The notes: generated by a model not told the origin, from the sequence alone. A stretch of 64,000 nucleotides of DNA from Propionibacteriaceae bacterium (GCA_003158895.1 PMLO01000090.1:33005-97004); one strand, 5' to 3'; shown: positions 10,111 through 18,963, counted from the stretch's first letter. Made by a program: numbers and translations.

Positions 10111-11607
10111 ATGATCAACCCCGCCGCCCGACCCGACAAGCTGCCGAGCCTCGACATCAGAGCACTCGACCCGGCATCCGCGCCACGAGGCAGCGGCTAC
10201 CAGCAGACCGCCTATGTCGCGGACAGCCTCATCGTGTTCGCGCACGACCCCGGCACCGTACAAGCCGCGATCGCCAGGATGGTGGAGCCCGGCGTCTTCG
10301 CTCGTGTCACCTCGATCCTCCCGGCGGACCTCAAGCCGCTCGGCGAGACGGCGGTCAAGGGGCTGCTGAAGGTGACGATCTCGTACGAGTCCGAGTCGGT
10401 CCGCAGCGTCGACCTCGTGGCGCTGATGGCTCAGCTTCAGAGAGAGTTCGGCACGAACGCGGTCGGCCTCGACCACGTCGTCACGACCGCCCCGTACCTC
10501 GCAGGCGTCCCCTACCTCGCGGGTGTCCCCTATTTGGCCGGCGTCCCGTACCTCGCGGGTGTCCCCTATCTCGCCGGTGTCTCGGCGATGCAGGAGTACG
10601 GGATGCCGGGCTTCGGCGGCCGCGCGCCGGTGGCACTGCTCCTCGACGACCCCGCGCGCCACACGCCGATGCCCTCGCGCAGACCGGTCGTCGCGATGCT
10701 CGACACCGGCCTCGGCGCGCACCCCTGGTTCGCCGATGCAGCGCTGGCGACGGACAAGGTCACGTACGGTTCGTACCTGCTCGGCATGTACGGGAACGTG
10801 CCCGGTGCGGAGTGGCACCAGGCTCCAGTCGACCCCCTCGACGGCTCCCTCCCGAGCGACGCGGGGCACGGAACGTTCATCTGCGGCATCATTCGTCAGG
10901 TCTGCCCCTCGGCACGGCTGCTCGCCATCCCGGTCATGGCAGAGGACGGCGTCGTCGCCGAGAGCGGGCTCATGGCGACTCTCCTGGTGCTGCTGCACCG
11001 CCACATCGACGGCGTGGTCCACGGCAACCCCGACCTGGTCATCGACGTGCTCAACCTGTCGCTCGGCTACTACCACGAGAACGCGGACGACATCGCGTTC
11101 GACGGACCGTTCGCGTCACTCCTGGCCGACTTCGGTGCGTGGGGCGTTGCGGTCGTGGCGTCCGCCGGCAACAGCGGTACGACGCGTCCCATGTATCCGG
11201 CTGCCTTCGCCGCCGCGCCCGACGAGCCGGGACGTGTCCCGCAGGTCACCGTCGGCGCGCTCAACGCCGATGGAACCTCGGTCGCGTACTTCTCCAACGC
11301 CGGCGCCTGGGTCACCGCGCACCGGATCGGCGCCTCGTTGGTGAGCACGGTCCCGACCACGCTGTCCGGCGACGCCCAGCCGGCCGCCGGCCTCATGTAC
11401 CAGGGCCTGCACCGCACGACCCCTGATCCCGACGCGTACGCCTCCGGCTTCGCGACCTGGTCAGGGACGTCGTTCGCCGGACCGGTGCTCGCGGGCGAGA
11501 TCGCCAGGGCGCTGGTGAGCGACCCGGACCTGACGACGATCGATCGAGGTGCGTGCGTCGCCCGTGGCCGTCGGGCGATCACAACCGTGCATGGGAGAGC
11601 CACATGA
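10111..11607 (+). CDS. S8 (subtilisin-family) serine peptidase, apparently cytoplasmic
   Basis: Asp/His/Ser triad contexts VAMLDTGLG, GHGTFICG, SGTSFAGP. No signal peptide or TM segment at the N-terminus. Stop TGA 11605-11607 overlaps the next start. Confidence 0.85.
   Translation: MINPAARPDKLPSLDIRALDPASAPRGSGYQQTAYVADSLIVFAHDPGTVQAAIARMVEPGVFARVTSILPADLKPLGETAVKGLLKVTISYESESVRSVDLVALMAQLQREFGTNAVGLDHVVTTAPYLAGVPYLAGVPYLAGVPYLAGVPYLAGVSAMQEYGMPGFGGRAPVALLLDDPARHTPMPSRRPVVAMLDTGLGAHPWFADAALATDKVTYGSYLLGMYGNVPGAEWHQAPVDPLDGSLPSDAGHGTFICGIIRQVCPSARLLAIPVMAEDGVVAESGLMATLLVLLHRHIDGVVHGNPDLVIDVLNLSLGYYHENADDIAFDGPFASLLADFGAWGVAVVASAGNSGTTRPMYPAAFAAAPDEPGRVPQVTVGALNADGTSVAYFSNAGAWVTAHRIGASLVSTVPTTLSGDAQPAAGLMYQGLHRTTPDPDAYASGFATWSGTSFAGPVLAGEIARALVSDPDLTTIDRGACVARGRRAITTVHGRAT
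10492..10581 (+). repeat. in-frame 18-bp x5 tandem repeat encoding (PYLAGV)5 in the S8 pro-region
   Basis: The units are ccgtacctcgcaggcgtc / ccctacctcgcgggtgtc / ccctatttggccggcgtc / ccgtacctcgcgggtgtc / ccctatctcgccggtgtc. The peptide is identical in all five and every difference is synonymous. Confidence 0.95.
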
Positions 11608-12191
11608 CCATGCCCGATGTCGAGGCCTCGCTGACCACGCGGGCGGCTGTCGCATTCGCCGAGTACCGGGACGGCGACCTCCAGGCCCTGCACCGGCTGG
11701 TCACCGCGGTGACTCCGGTGCTGTGGCACGTGGCACGCTCGTGCGGGCTGTCGCCGCAGAATGCCGAGGACACCGTACAGACCACCTGGCTCCGACTCGT
11801 CGAGCACGCGAGCGGCATCGACGCGCCACAGGCCGTCCTGGGCTGGCTGTGTACGACGACGAAGCGCGAGGCCTGGCGGGTACAGCGCATCGCCCGCACG
11901 GTCGATCCTGTCGACACGACTGAGCTCGAGCCCGACGACCCGACCCCGCACGATCCCGCACACGTGGCGGCGATGAACGACGAGGCCCGTCGCCTCTGGG
12001 AACACTTCGTGACCCTGTCACCCAAGTGCCAGCAGATCCTGCGCGTCGTGTGCATGGGTGGCGCACCCGACTACGCCGGCCTCGCCGAGGCGATGGGCGT
12101 CCCGATGGGTTCGATCGGCCCCACCCGCGGCAGATGCCTCGCCACCCTCCGCCGCGCCCTACTCGACGATCCAAACTGGAGCCTGACATGA
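11604..12191 (+). CDS. ECF-type sigma-70 family RNA polymerase sigma factor
   Basis: Region 2 (AEDTVQTTWLRLVEH...REAWR) and region 4 HTH (PDYAGLAEAMGVPMGSIGPTRGRCLATLR). The ATG at 11604 forms ATGA with the S8 stop. Confidence 0.85.
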   Translation: MTMPDVEASLTTRAAVAFAEYRDGDLQALHRLVTAVTPVLWHVARSCGLSPQNAEDTVQTTWLRLVEHASGIDAPQAVLGWLCTTTKREAWRVQRIARTVDPVDTTELEPDDPTPHDPAHVAAMNDEARRLWEHFVTLSPKCQQILRVVCMGGAPDYAGLAEAMGVPMGSIGPTRGRCLATLRRALLDDPNWSLT

Positions 12192-12212
12192 CCGCAGCAT
12201 CCCGACGATCCC

Positions 12213-12657
12213 ATGGACGACATCGACCTCGCCATCCTCGGACGCACTGCACCAGACACTCGCTCTGGCCGATCCCGTACCGCCCTGGCTGATCGGCGAC
12301 ATCGAGTTCAGCCTCTCGCTGGCCTCGATGAACGCCGAGCTCGCGCTGCTCGCCGACGAGCCGGTGGGGGTACGCGCTCCGACCGCCGAGAGCGCCGACT
12401 CGGTGACGTTCACGAGCAGCACGATGACGCTCATGGTCGTCATCGGACGCGACGACGGCCAGCTGCGGATCGACGCCTGGGTGTCCGGCGGAGGCATCAC
12501 CGTCGAACTCATCCAGGGCGCCGACCGCACCCCTGCCATCAGCGACGTGAACGGACGCGTGAGCTGGTTCCCCGTACAGCCCGGACTCGCCCGCTTCCTC
12601 ATCGCGCCGATCACCTCCGGCGGCCGGCCGGTCATCACCCCCGCGATCGAGTTGTAG
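12213..12657 (+). CDS. small beta-rich hypothetical protein (candidate sigma partner); reading frame changes near 12240
   Basis: Strong GC3 coding signal in frame 1 from 12241 to TAG 12655-12657 (DALHQTLALADPVPPWLIGDIEF...VITPAIEL). The only canonical in-frame start is ATG 12328. ATG 12213 (MDDIDLAIL) is in frame 0 and would join if one nt at about 12240 were removed. Confidence 0.5.
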
Positions 12658-12776
12658 GGCGTTGGCGAGGAGCGCTCAGCCCACGACGTCCCGGCCCTCC
12701 CGGGCGGCTGGCGCGCGCGACCGAGCTCTACGAACAGGCGCGGGGCGACATCGCCGCGTACGCCATCGAAGCGGCC

Positions 12777-15230
12777 ATGTCTCTGCTGGACGAAGCGACC
12801 GAGGAGCTCGCCGACGACCGGTCCGTGGGTGCGTCGGAGCTTCGGCTCCGCATCGCCATGTCCCGAACCTGGCGCTCGTTCGCGAGCGACCCGGAGGGTA
12901 CGCAGCGGGAGCTGGACCGCGTCGCGTCCGAGGCCAAGGGACTGGGGCTCGACCACATCGTGCCGCTGGCGATGCTGCAGCAGGGCACCCTGTGGACCCG
13001 GCTGGGCGAGAACGCGCGGGCGCTGGAGGTCCTGGAACGGATCGCGCCGTACGAACAGCTCCTGGGCGTCGACGACCGCGTACGGCTCCTCATCAACCGG
13101 GGGACGACGGCGTCGCTGCTGCTGAAGATCGAGGAGGCCTCGGCGGACCTCGGCGAGGCGGCCGCCCTGGCTCACCAGGCGGGGCTCGACAGGTTCGCGT
13201 ACATGGCGCTGCACAACCGCGGCTTCGTCGAGTTCCTGCGCGGCGACCTGCCCGCGGCGCTGCGGCTCATGGACGAGGCGGACCGGCTCGGGGCGCCCGT
13301 CGACCGTGGCATCGCCAACCTCGACCGGGGACGGGTGCTGATCGAGGCCGGCCTCGTCACGGACGCGTGGGAGACGCTGCAGACTGCCGCTTCGAGCCTG
13401 GCCGAGGCGGGACTCGAGACCGAGGCCGACGAGGTGGAGCTGGATCTGGCACGCTGCGAGGTGCTGCTGGCCAGGGGCGACGATGCCGTCGTGCGGCTGA
13501 CGCCGCTCATCAGCCGGTTCTCCGCACGTGCCGCACGGTTCCGCGAGATCGAGGCCCGGGTGCTGCGGTGCGAGGCGATGGCGTTCAGCGCGGAGGAAGA
13601 CCCGCGTCCGGGCGACGCCGAAGCCCTGGCGCGCGACGCGGCCGACGTCGACCCACGGCTCGCGGACGTGGCGGGGACCCTGTACGTGGAGAGCCTGGTC
13701 CGTACAGGTCGGGCTGCGGACGCGTCCGTACGAGCGGTGCAGTCGCTCGCTCGGTCGACCCAGCTCGCACGACGCTGCCTGGCCCGGCGGGTCGCGGTGG
13801 ACCTCGCTCTGGCACGGGGAGACGAGGCAGGCGCTCGGCGCACGCTTCGGGCGGTGGTCGACGACCTCCGTACAGCCCGTCGCGGTGTCTCGAGCCTCGA
13901 TCTCAAGACCGGCATGGCCCTCCACGCGTCGCCGCTCGCGGTCACGGACGTGGCTCTGGCGGCACGGTCGGGGTCCGGTGCACGGGTGCTGGCGGTGACG
14001 GAGAGGTGGCGTACGGCGACGGGGTCGATGCCTCAGGTACGGCCCAGCGACGACCCTCCCGAGCAGGCCTTGTGGACGATGCTGCGCAAGCTGCGCGCCG
14101 ACCAGCGCGACGCCGAGCCGGGAGCGGATCTCGCCGAGAACCGACGAGCGATCAGCCGTACGGTCAGGTCGCTGCGCGAGACATCCTGGGCCCGGGACCT
14201 GGGCGAGGGTGCCGACGACATCGCCGCGTCGACCGCCGAGATCCGCCTGGCGCTGTCCGAGCGGCACACCGCGATGACCAGCATGGCGATCACGGGTGAG
14301 ACGCTCGTCGCGGTCGTGTCGCGTGGCGGACGGTACGAGCTGGTCACGGTGGCGGGTGCGCGGGAGATCCTCGAGCTGGCGCGGCAGGCGTCCGCCGATC
14401 TCGATGCTCTCGCACGGGTGGCTTCGTCGGTTCAGGGTTCTGCGTTGCGCGCGGGCATCACGGGTTCGCTGACAGGAACGCTCGAGACGCTGGACCGCGC
14501 GTTGTCACGGGCGCTCCCTGCCGGTCGCGATCCGCTCCTGCTCGTACCGCCCGCACAGCTCGCCGCACTCCCTTGGGCGATGCTGCCGTCGCTGCGTGGC
14601 CGAAGCCTGACCGTGTCGCTCTCGGCGACGCACTGGGTGCGGCACGACGTGCGGGTTTCTGACCCGGTGGTACGGGCGGTGGCCGGGCCGGACCTCCGCG
14701 TGGCGAGCGCGGAGCAGGAGGCCGTCGCGGCGATATGGCGGCAACCGGGAGGCTCGTGGTCGACCGGCCATGACTTCCGCGACGCCTTGGTGGCGGCTGA
14801 CGTGGTGCACGTCGCCGCGCACGGCCAGCACGAGTCCGACAACCCCTTGTTCAGCTCGTTGCTGCTCGCCGACGGGCCCACGTTCGTCCACGAGGTCGAA
14901 GGGCTGCGGCTCAGGGCGCGCCACGTCGTGCTGTCGGCCTGCCGCGCGGGGAGGGTGAACGTACGGGCGGGCGACGAGCCTCTCGGCCTCACTGCCTGCC
15001 TCCTCGCCTTCGGCGTATCGACCGTCGTCGCCCCGGTGAGCGTCGTCGGCGACGACCTGGCGCTCGCGACCATGACCGCGTACCACGAGGGGCTGGCGTC
15101 CGGCCTGGACGCACCGACGGCCCTTGCGGCGGCCACGACGGACGCCCCACTGCTCGCGGCCTCGTTCACGTGCTTCGGGGCGGGCTGGCGGACAACACCG
15201 GCGGTCTCGCGAACAGACGAACGTACCTAA
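12777..15230 (+). CDS. TPR-repeat protein with C-terminal CHAT (caspase-like) protease domain
   Basis: Helical TPR-like repeats, then a CHAT dyad: VVHVAAHGQHES (His) and VVLSACRAGR (Cys). ATG 12777 is the first canonical start. Coding-like sequence extends upstream to CTG 12708, and the frame is formally open from 12213. Confidence 0.8.
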   Translation: MSLLDEATEELADDRSVGASELRLRIAMSRTWRSFASDPEGTQRELDRVASEAKGLGLDHIVPLAMLQQGTLWTRLGENARALEVLERIAPYEQLLGVDDRVRLLINRGTTASLLLKIEEASADLGEAAALAHQAGLDRFAYMALHNRGFVEFLRGDLPAALRLMDEADRLGAPVDRGIANLDRGRVLIEAGLVTDAWETLQTAASSLAEAGLETEADEVELDLARCEVLLARGDDAVVRLTPLISRFSARAARFREIEARVLRCEAMAFSAEEDPRPGDAEALARDAADVDPRLADVAGTLYVESLVRTGRAADASVRAVQSLARSTQLARRCLARRVAVDLALARGDEAGARRTLRAVVDDLRTARRGVSSLDLKTGMALHASPLAVTDVALAARSGSGARVLAVTERWRTATGSMPQVRPSDDPPEQALWTMLRKLRADQRDAEPGADLAENRRAISRTVRSLRETSWARDLGEGADDIAASTAEIRLALSERHTAMTSMAITGETLVAVVSRGGRYELVTVAGAREILELARQASADLDALARVASSVQGSALRAGITGSLTGTLETLDRALSRALPAGRDPLLLVPPAQLAALPWAMLPSLRGRSLTVSLSATHWVRHDVRVSDPVVRAVAGPDLRVASAEQEAVAAIWRQPGGSWSTGHDFRDALVAADVVHVAAHGQHESDNPLFSSLLLADGPTFVHEVEGLRLRARHVVLSACRAGRVNVRAGDEPLGLTACLLAFGVSTVVAPVSVVGDDLALATMTAYHEGLASGLDAPTALAAATTDAPLLAASFTCFGAGWRTTPAVSRTDERT

Positions 15231-15375
15231 CGAGCCATCCGGACTCGTTGCAGCCATCACCCACGCGGCGATGACCACCTAGGTCAGCCGATAGGTACGT
15301 CCGTGTGTCACGCGTCGCGTTGGGGGTCCATAACTACGCCACCGGGCCCTGCGGAACACTGCGAGAACTCCGCGC

Positions 15376-15405
15376 GCCCGCTGCCTGAGGTGGCCCGAAG
15401 CGGGC
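15376..15405. terminator. possible bidirectional hairpin between convergent genes
   Basis: GCCCGCT ... AGCGGGC 7-bp stem with a 16-nt loop between the CHAT gene (+) and the oxidoreductase gene (-); no U-tract. Confidence 0.25.
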
Positions 15406-15419
15406 TGCCCTGATGGTCC

Positions 15420-16067
15420 TCACATGTCCCGGTAGCGCTTCGCCTGCGCGAGCGCGACACGGAGGGTCTCGGAGGTGTGACGGGTCACGTAACCAGGTGT
15501 GTCGCGCTGGATTCGCCAGCCCTCAGACAGCGGAGACACCTCAACGGCGTCGAAGCCGAAGGAGTCGATGAGCGCGGCGACGCTCGCCCGGGCCTCCGGA
15601 TCGTCACCGACGACGGCCAGCGCTCGACGCCCCGGTGTACCGGCAGCCTGGCCCTCGGTGGTGAGAGCGGCAGCCTGGATGTGGTTGAACGCCTTGACCA
15701 CCTTCGAGGTCGGCAGGTGCCGCTGCAGCAGCTCCGAGACCGTCGTGGACTCGTCGTCCAGCTCGGCGATCTGCCCGTCGCGCTGCGGATAGTAGTTGTT
15801 CGTGTCGATGACGAGCTTTCCCGCCAGCTCCTCCACCGGGACGGTCTTGATGCCCTGCAACGGGATCGTCACGACCGCGAAGTCGGCGGCGGCAGCCGCC
15901 TCGGACGGTGTCGCGGCTCGGGCATGCGGGCCGAGCTCGGCGACGAGATCCGCCAGGGTCTCCGGGCCGCGGGAGTTGCTCATCACCACGTCGTGCCCGT
16001 GAGCCACCGCGAGGCGAGCCAGTTGCGAGCCGATGTGTCCGGAGCCGATGAAGCCAATTGTCGTCAT
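15420..16067 (-). CDS. NADPH-dependent F420 reductase-like / NADP oxidoreductase family protein
   Basis: Only the last 216 aa of ORF 15420..16742 look real: MTTIGFIGSGHIGSQLARLA Rossmann motif, then VVKAFNHI. Confidence 0.7.
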   Translation of the reverse strand: MTTIGFIGSGHIGSQLARLAVAHGHDVVMSNSRGPETLADLVAELGPHARAATPSEAAAAADFAVVTIPLQGIKTVPVEELAGKLVIDTNNYYPQRDGQIAELDDESTTVSELLQRHLPTSKVVKAFNHIQAAALTTEGQAAGTPGRRALAVVGDDPEARASVAALIDSFGFDAVEVSPLSEGWRIQRDTPGYVTRHTSETLRVALAQAKRYRDM

Positions 16068-16081
16068 GCCCGCTCCAACCG

Positions 16082-16819
16082 TCATGAGCATGGCGGCATT
16101 CCCCCTCGCTCCACCCGCTCCTTGATGCCTAGGAGCATGCGGCGTTCCATGACGAAGCCGATGGGCTCGACCAGTCGCCACATCGTCCGCTGCTGGGGTG
16201 GATGGGCGTTGCGCTGGCGGCTGATCAGACGCGTCGCGGCACCGCCCCGGATGGGACGCAGCACCCATTGCCACGTGGCGCCGGCGCCATCCCGTACCGG
16301 CGTGGGGACAGGCTCGCCCGTGGCCGGGTCGGCGCCAATGAGGACGAGAGATCGGCCCTCGTCGAGCGACACCACGAAGAAGCACGGTGAGCCGGGCTTG
16401 CCGAGGCGAACCAGGTCGCCACGCGTGAGTCGCTGGTCCTCGGGCAGGAGTGTGTCGGCGCTGTGGATGTCGAGGCCCAGCAGGTTCTCCAGCGCGTCGT
16501 AGCTGTACAGACCACCTCGGCCCTGCCCGACCTGGGCGAGCCAGGGCCACACCGCGTCCGGCGGAGCACCGATCGTGACCGCCCGGGTGGACACCAGCAC
16601 CGGCGTCGGCACCAGCTCGTCGCCGGGCATCGCATCGAGCCACTCCTGCTGGCTGACGCCCCACCTGTTGTACCGCTCCCTCAGCCACGGCGATCCGACG
16701 AGCGTGTACGCAATCGCTGCGGCGCCACGTACGGCGTCCCACAGGAGCCGGGCGTCGCGATCGATGCGTACGGGCACGTCACGACCCAGATGGTTCGCGT
16801 GCATTACTTCTGCCTCCAT
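16082..16819 (-). CDS. SRPBCC (START/polyketide-cyclase-like) family protein
   Basis: About 240 aa with the typical PDAVWPWLAQVGQGRGGLYSYD segment. Confidence 0.55.
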   Translation of the reverse strand: MEAEVMHANHLGRDVPVRIDRDARLLWDAVRGAAAIAYTLVGSPWLRERYNRWGVSQQEWLDAMPGDELVPTPVLVSTRAVTIGAPPDAVWPWLAQVGQGRGGLYSYDALENLLGLDIHSADTLLPEDQRLTRGDLVRLGKPGSPCFFVVSLDEGRSLVLIGADPATGEPVPTPVRDGAGATWQWVLRPIRGGAATRLISRQRNAHPPQQRTMWRLVEPIGFVMERRMLLGIKERVERGGMPPCS

Positions 16820-16863
16820 CGTCGCCAGTGCCGGGAGGACCAGTCAGGACTGGTGTCTCGCGC

Positions 16864-16937
16864 GCCCCCGGGAGGACTCGAACCTCCGACCCGCGGATTA
16901 GAAGGCCGCCGCTCTATCCAGCTGAGCTACGGGGGCG
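16864..16937 (-). tRNA. tRNA-Arg (anticodon TCT)
   Basis: Hand-folded cloverleaf: GCCCCCG/CGGGGGC acceptor, GCTC/GAGC D stem, anticodon loop CTTCTAA, GGAGG-TTCGAGT-CCTCC T arm. One C:U mismatch at positions 31:39. Confidence 0.85.
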
Positions 16938-16981
16938 AGACAAGCACAGAGTCTAGGGCTCAGGCGAGTAGGTTCGCGCGA

Positions 16982-18181
16982 GTGACTACGGCTGACGGGT
17001 TCTCGTGGAAGCAGATCGCCGTAGCTGCGTATGGACCGACAGCGCTCGCCTCCATCGGGTACGGAGCCGTCATCCCCCTGGTCGCCCTGAGCGCCATCGA
17101 CCGTGGCGCCTCGCCGGGCACCGCGGCACTCATCACCGGCCTTCTCGGCATCGGGCAACTGCTCGCTGATCTTCCCGCCGGCTGGGTCGCCGAACGCCTC
17201 GGCGAGAAGTGGTCGATCATCCTGGCGTGCCTGGTCGACGTCGTCATGCTGTCGTCGGTCTCCTTCACGCACAGCCTGCTTCACCTGGCGATCGCGACGT
17301 TCGTGACCGGCATCACCGGCGCCGTGTTCGGCCTGGCCCGCCAGACCTACCTCACCGTCGCCGTACCGCTCCAGTACCGCGCACGCGCCCTCTCCTCGCT
17401 TGGCGGCGTGTTCCGGATCGGGGGCCTGATCGGCCCGCTGATCGGCGCTGCGGTCGTGGCGGCTTTCGGACTCCCCAAGGCATATCTCTTCGCAGCCAGC
17501 ATGAGCCTCCTCGCAGCGATCGTGACGCTGACACTCCCCGACCTCCCCGGCGAGACCCCCGGCGAGAACGCGCCGCAGAGCGCCGGCATGTTCGTCGTGC
17601 TGCGCCAAAGCGTCGGCATCCTCATGACACAAGGCGTGGGCGCGCTCGTGATCATGTTGGTCCGCTCGGCGAGACAGGCGATCATCCCCCTGTGGTGCAG
17701 TGCGCACGGGATCTCACCGGCCGCCACCAGCCTCGTCTACTCGATCTCCATGGCCTTCGACGTGGCCCTGTTCTTCTTCGGCGGCTCGCTCATGGACAAG
17801 TTCGGCCGGGTCTGGGTCGCCTTCCCCGCCATGATCGTCATGGGCATCGGGATGGCGATCCTTCCCCTCACCCACCACATCGGCACGATCATTGCCGTCG
17901 CCTGCCTGCTCGGCCTCGGCAACGGGATCTCGTCGGGTGTCGTGATGACGCTCGGCTCGGATGCCTCCCCCGCAGTGGGCCGTACGAAGTTCCTCGCCGG
18001 CTGGCGACTCCTGTCCGACTCTGGCAACGCCCTCGGCCCGCTCGCCATCGCGGCGGTCACGACGTTCGCCACGCTGGGGTCGGCGTCCGTGGTTCTCGGC
18101 GTCCTCGCATGGGGCGGCGCCGCCTGGCTGCTGCGCTTCATCCCTCGCCGCGTGCCTCCCCAGACACTCAGCGCCGAGTAG
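16982..18181 (+). CDS. MFS transporter
   Basis: About 12 hydrophobic helices. Start taken at GTG 16982 (VTTADGFSWKQ) because the upstream part of ORF 16463.. overlaps the tRNA and is not protein-like. Confidence 0.8.
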   Translation: MTTADGFSWKQIAVAAYGPTALASIGYGAVIPLVALSAIDRGASPGTAALITGLLGIGQLLADLPAGWVAERLGEKWSIILACLVDVVMLSSVSFTHSLLHLAIATFVTGITGAVFGLARQTYLTVAVPLQYRARALSSLGGVFRIGGLIGPLIGAAVVAAFGLPKAYLFAASMSLLAAIVTLTLPDLPGETPGENAPQSAGMFVVLRQSVGILMTQGVGALVIMLVRSARQAIIPLWCSAHGISPAATSLVYSISMAFDVALFFFGGSLMDKFGRVWVAFPAMIVMGIGMAILPLTHHIGTIIAVACLLGLGNGISSGVVMTLGSDASPAVGRTKFLAGWRLLSDSGNALGPLAIAAVTTFATLGSASVVLGVLAWGGAAWLLRFIPRRVPPQTLSAE

Positions 18182-18204
18182 CGCGAACACATTAGGCTGC
18201 CGGG

Positions 18205-18804
18205 GTGGACAACCTGGTATGGATCGACTGCGAGATGACCGGCCTCGACCTGGCCACGGACGCGCTCATCGAGCTCGCAGTCCTGGTCACCGATGCGGAG
18301 CTGAACGTCTTGGGCGACGGCGTCGACATCGTGATCAAACCGTCGGCCGAGGCACTCACACAGATGGGCGAGTTCGTGACCGACATGCACCGCAAGTCGG
18401 GACTCCTCGACCTCCTGGCGGACGGCGTCACGCTCGACGACGCGGAGGCCCAGGCCCTCGCGTACATCCGCACGTACGTCCCCGAAGTCCGCAAGGCTCC
18501 CCTGGCGGGCAACACGATCGGTACGGACCGTACGTTCCTCGCCCGCGACATGCCGACGCTCGAGGGCCACGTGCACTACCGCAACGTCGACGTGTCGAGT
18601 CTCAAGGAGCTGGCCAAGCGCTGGTACCCGCGGATCTACTTCACCGCTCCGTCCAAGTCCGGCAACCACCGCGCCCTCGCCGACATCCGCGAGTCGATCG
18701 AGGAGCTGCGCTATTACCGCGAGGCCATGCTCGTCCCACAGCCAGGTCCTGACCGCGACATACTCGCGGAGATCGCCGCACGCCACCAGGGCTCGCTGGC
18801 CTGA
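18205..18804 (+). CDS. orn: oligoribonuclease
   Basis: MDNLVWIDCEMTGLD...GNTIGTDRTFL...HYRNVDVSSLKEL...HRALADIRESIEELRYYR; DEDDh exonuclease motifs. Confidence 0.9.
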   Translation: MDNLVWIDCEMTGLDLATDALIELAVLVTDAELNVLGDGVDIVIKPSAEALTQMGEFVTDMHRKSGLLDLLADGVTLDDAEAQALAYIRTYVPEVRKAPLAGNTIGTDRTFLARDMPTLEGHVHYRNVDVSSLKELAKRWYPRIYFTAPSKSGNHRALADIRESIEELRYYREAMLVPQPGPDRDILAEIAARHQGSLA

Positions 18805-18886
18805 CTCCCTGCGTATGGGTTGGTCAGACCCCGTACCGCTCGGCTAAGATGGCGCTCGCCCTTTCGGGGGCATCGCGGTGTGGCGT

Positions 18887-18963
18887 GGTGGGTATAGCTC
18901 AGTTGGTAGAGCTTCTGGTTGTGGTCCAGAAGGTCGCGGGTTCGAGCCCCGTTACTCACCCCA
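18887..18963 (+). tRNA. tRNA-His (anticodon GTG) with G-1 and encoded CCA
   Basis: G-1 plus GTGGGTA/TACTCAC acceptor, anticodon loop TTGTGGT, GCGGG-TTCGAGC-CCCGT T arm, CCA at 18961-18963. Confidence 0.9.

Noticed and set aside
10492-10581. Regular 18-bp tandem repeat considered as a CRISPR-like or other non-coding array
   Set aside because: There are no spacers. The repeat is in frame inside a gene and encodes an identical hexapeptide.
12188-12292. 34-codon ORF whose ATG is ATGA-coupled to the sigma stop
   Set aside because: It has low GC3 and an Arg/His-rich sequence, and it terminates early. The overlap probably marks a coupling site, but this frame is not the coding one (see the frame-discontinuity finding).
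12159-14299. 702-aa minus-strand and 545-aa plus-strand ORFs overlapping the TPR-CHAT gene
   Set aside because: Their sequences are Arg/Gly/Pro-rich nonsense. The CHAT frame carries the motifs and the GC3 signal.
15420-16742. 440-aa ORF for the oxidoreductase
   Set aside because: Only the last 216 codons (from MTTIGFIGSGHIG) are protein-like. The upstream part overlaps the SRPBCC gene in another frame.
16864-16937. Alternative fold of the tRNA giving a CTA anticodon (amber suppressor)
   Set aside because: That register breaks the anticodon stem (G:G clash) and the 7-nt loop rules. The TCT (Arg) register needs only one C:U mismatch at positions 31:39.
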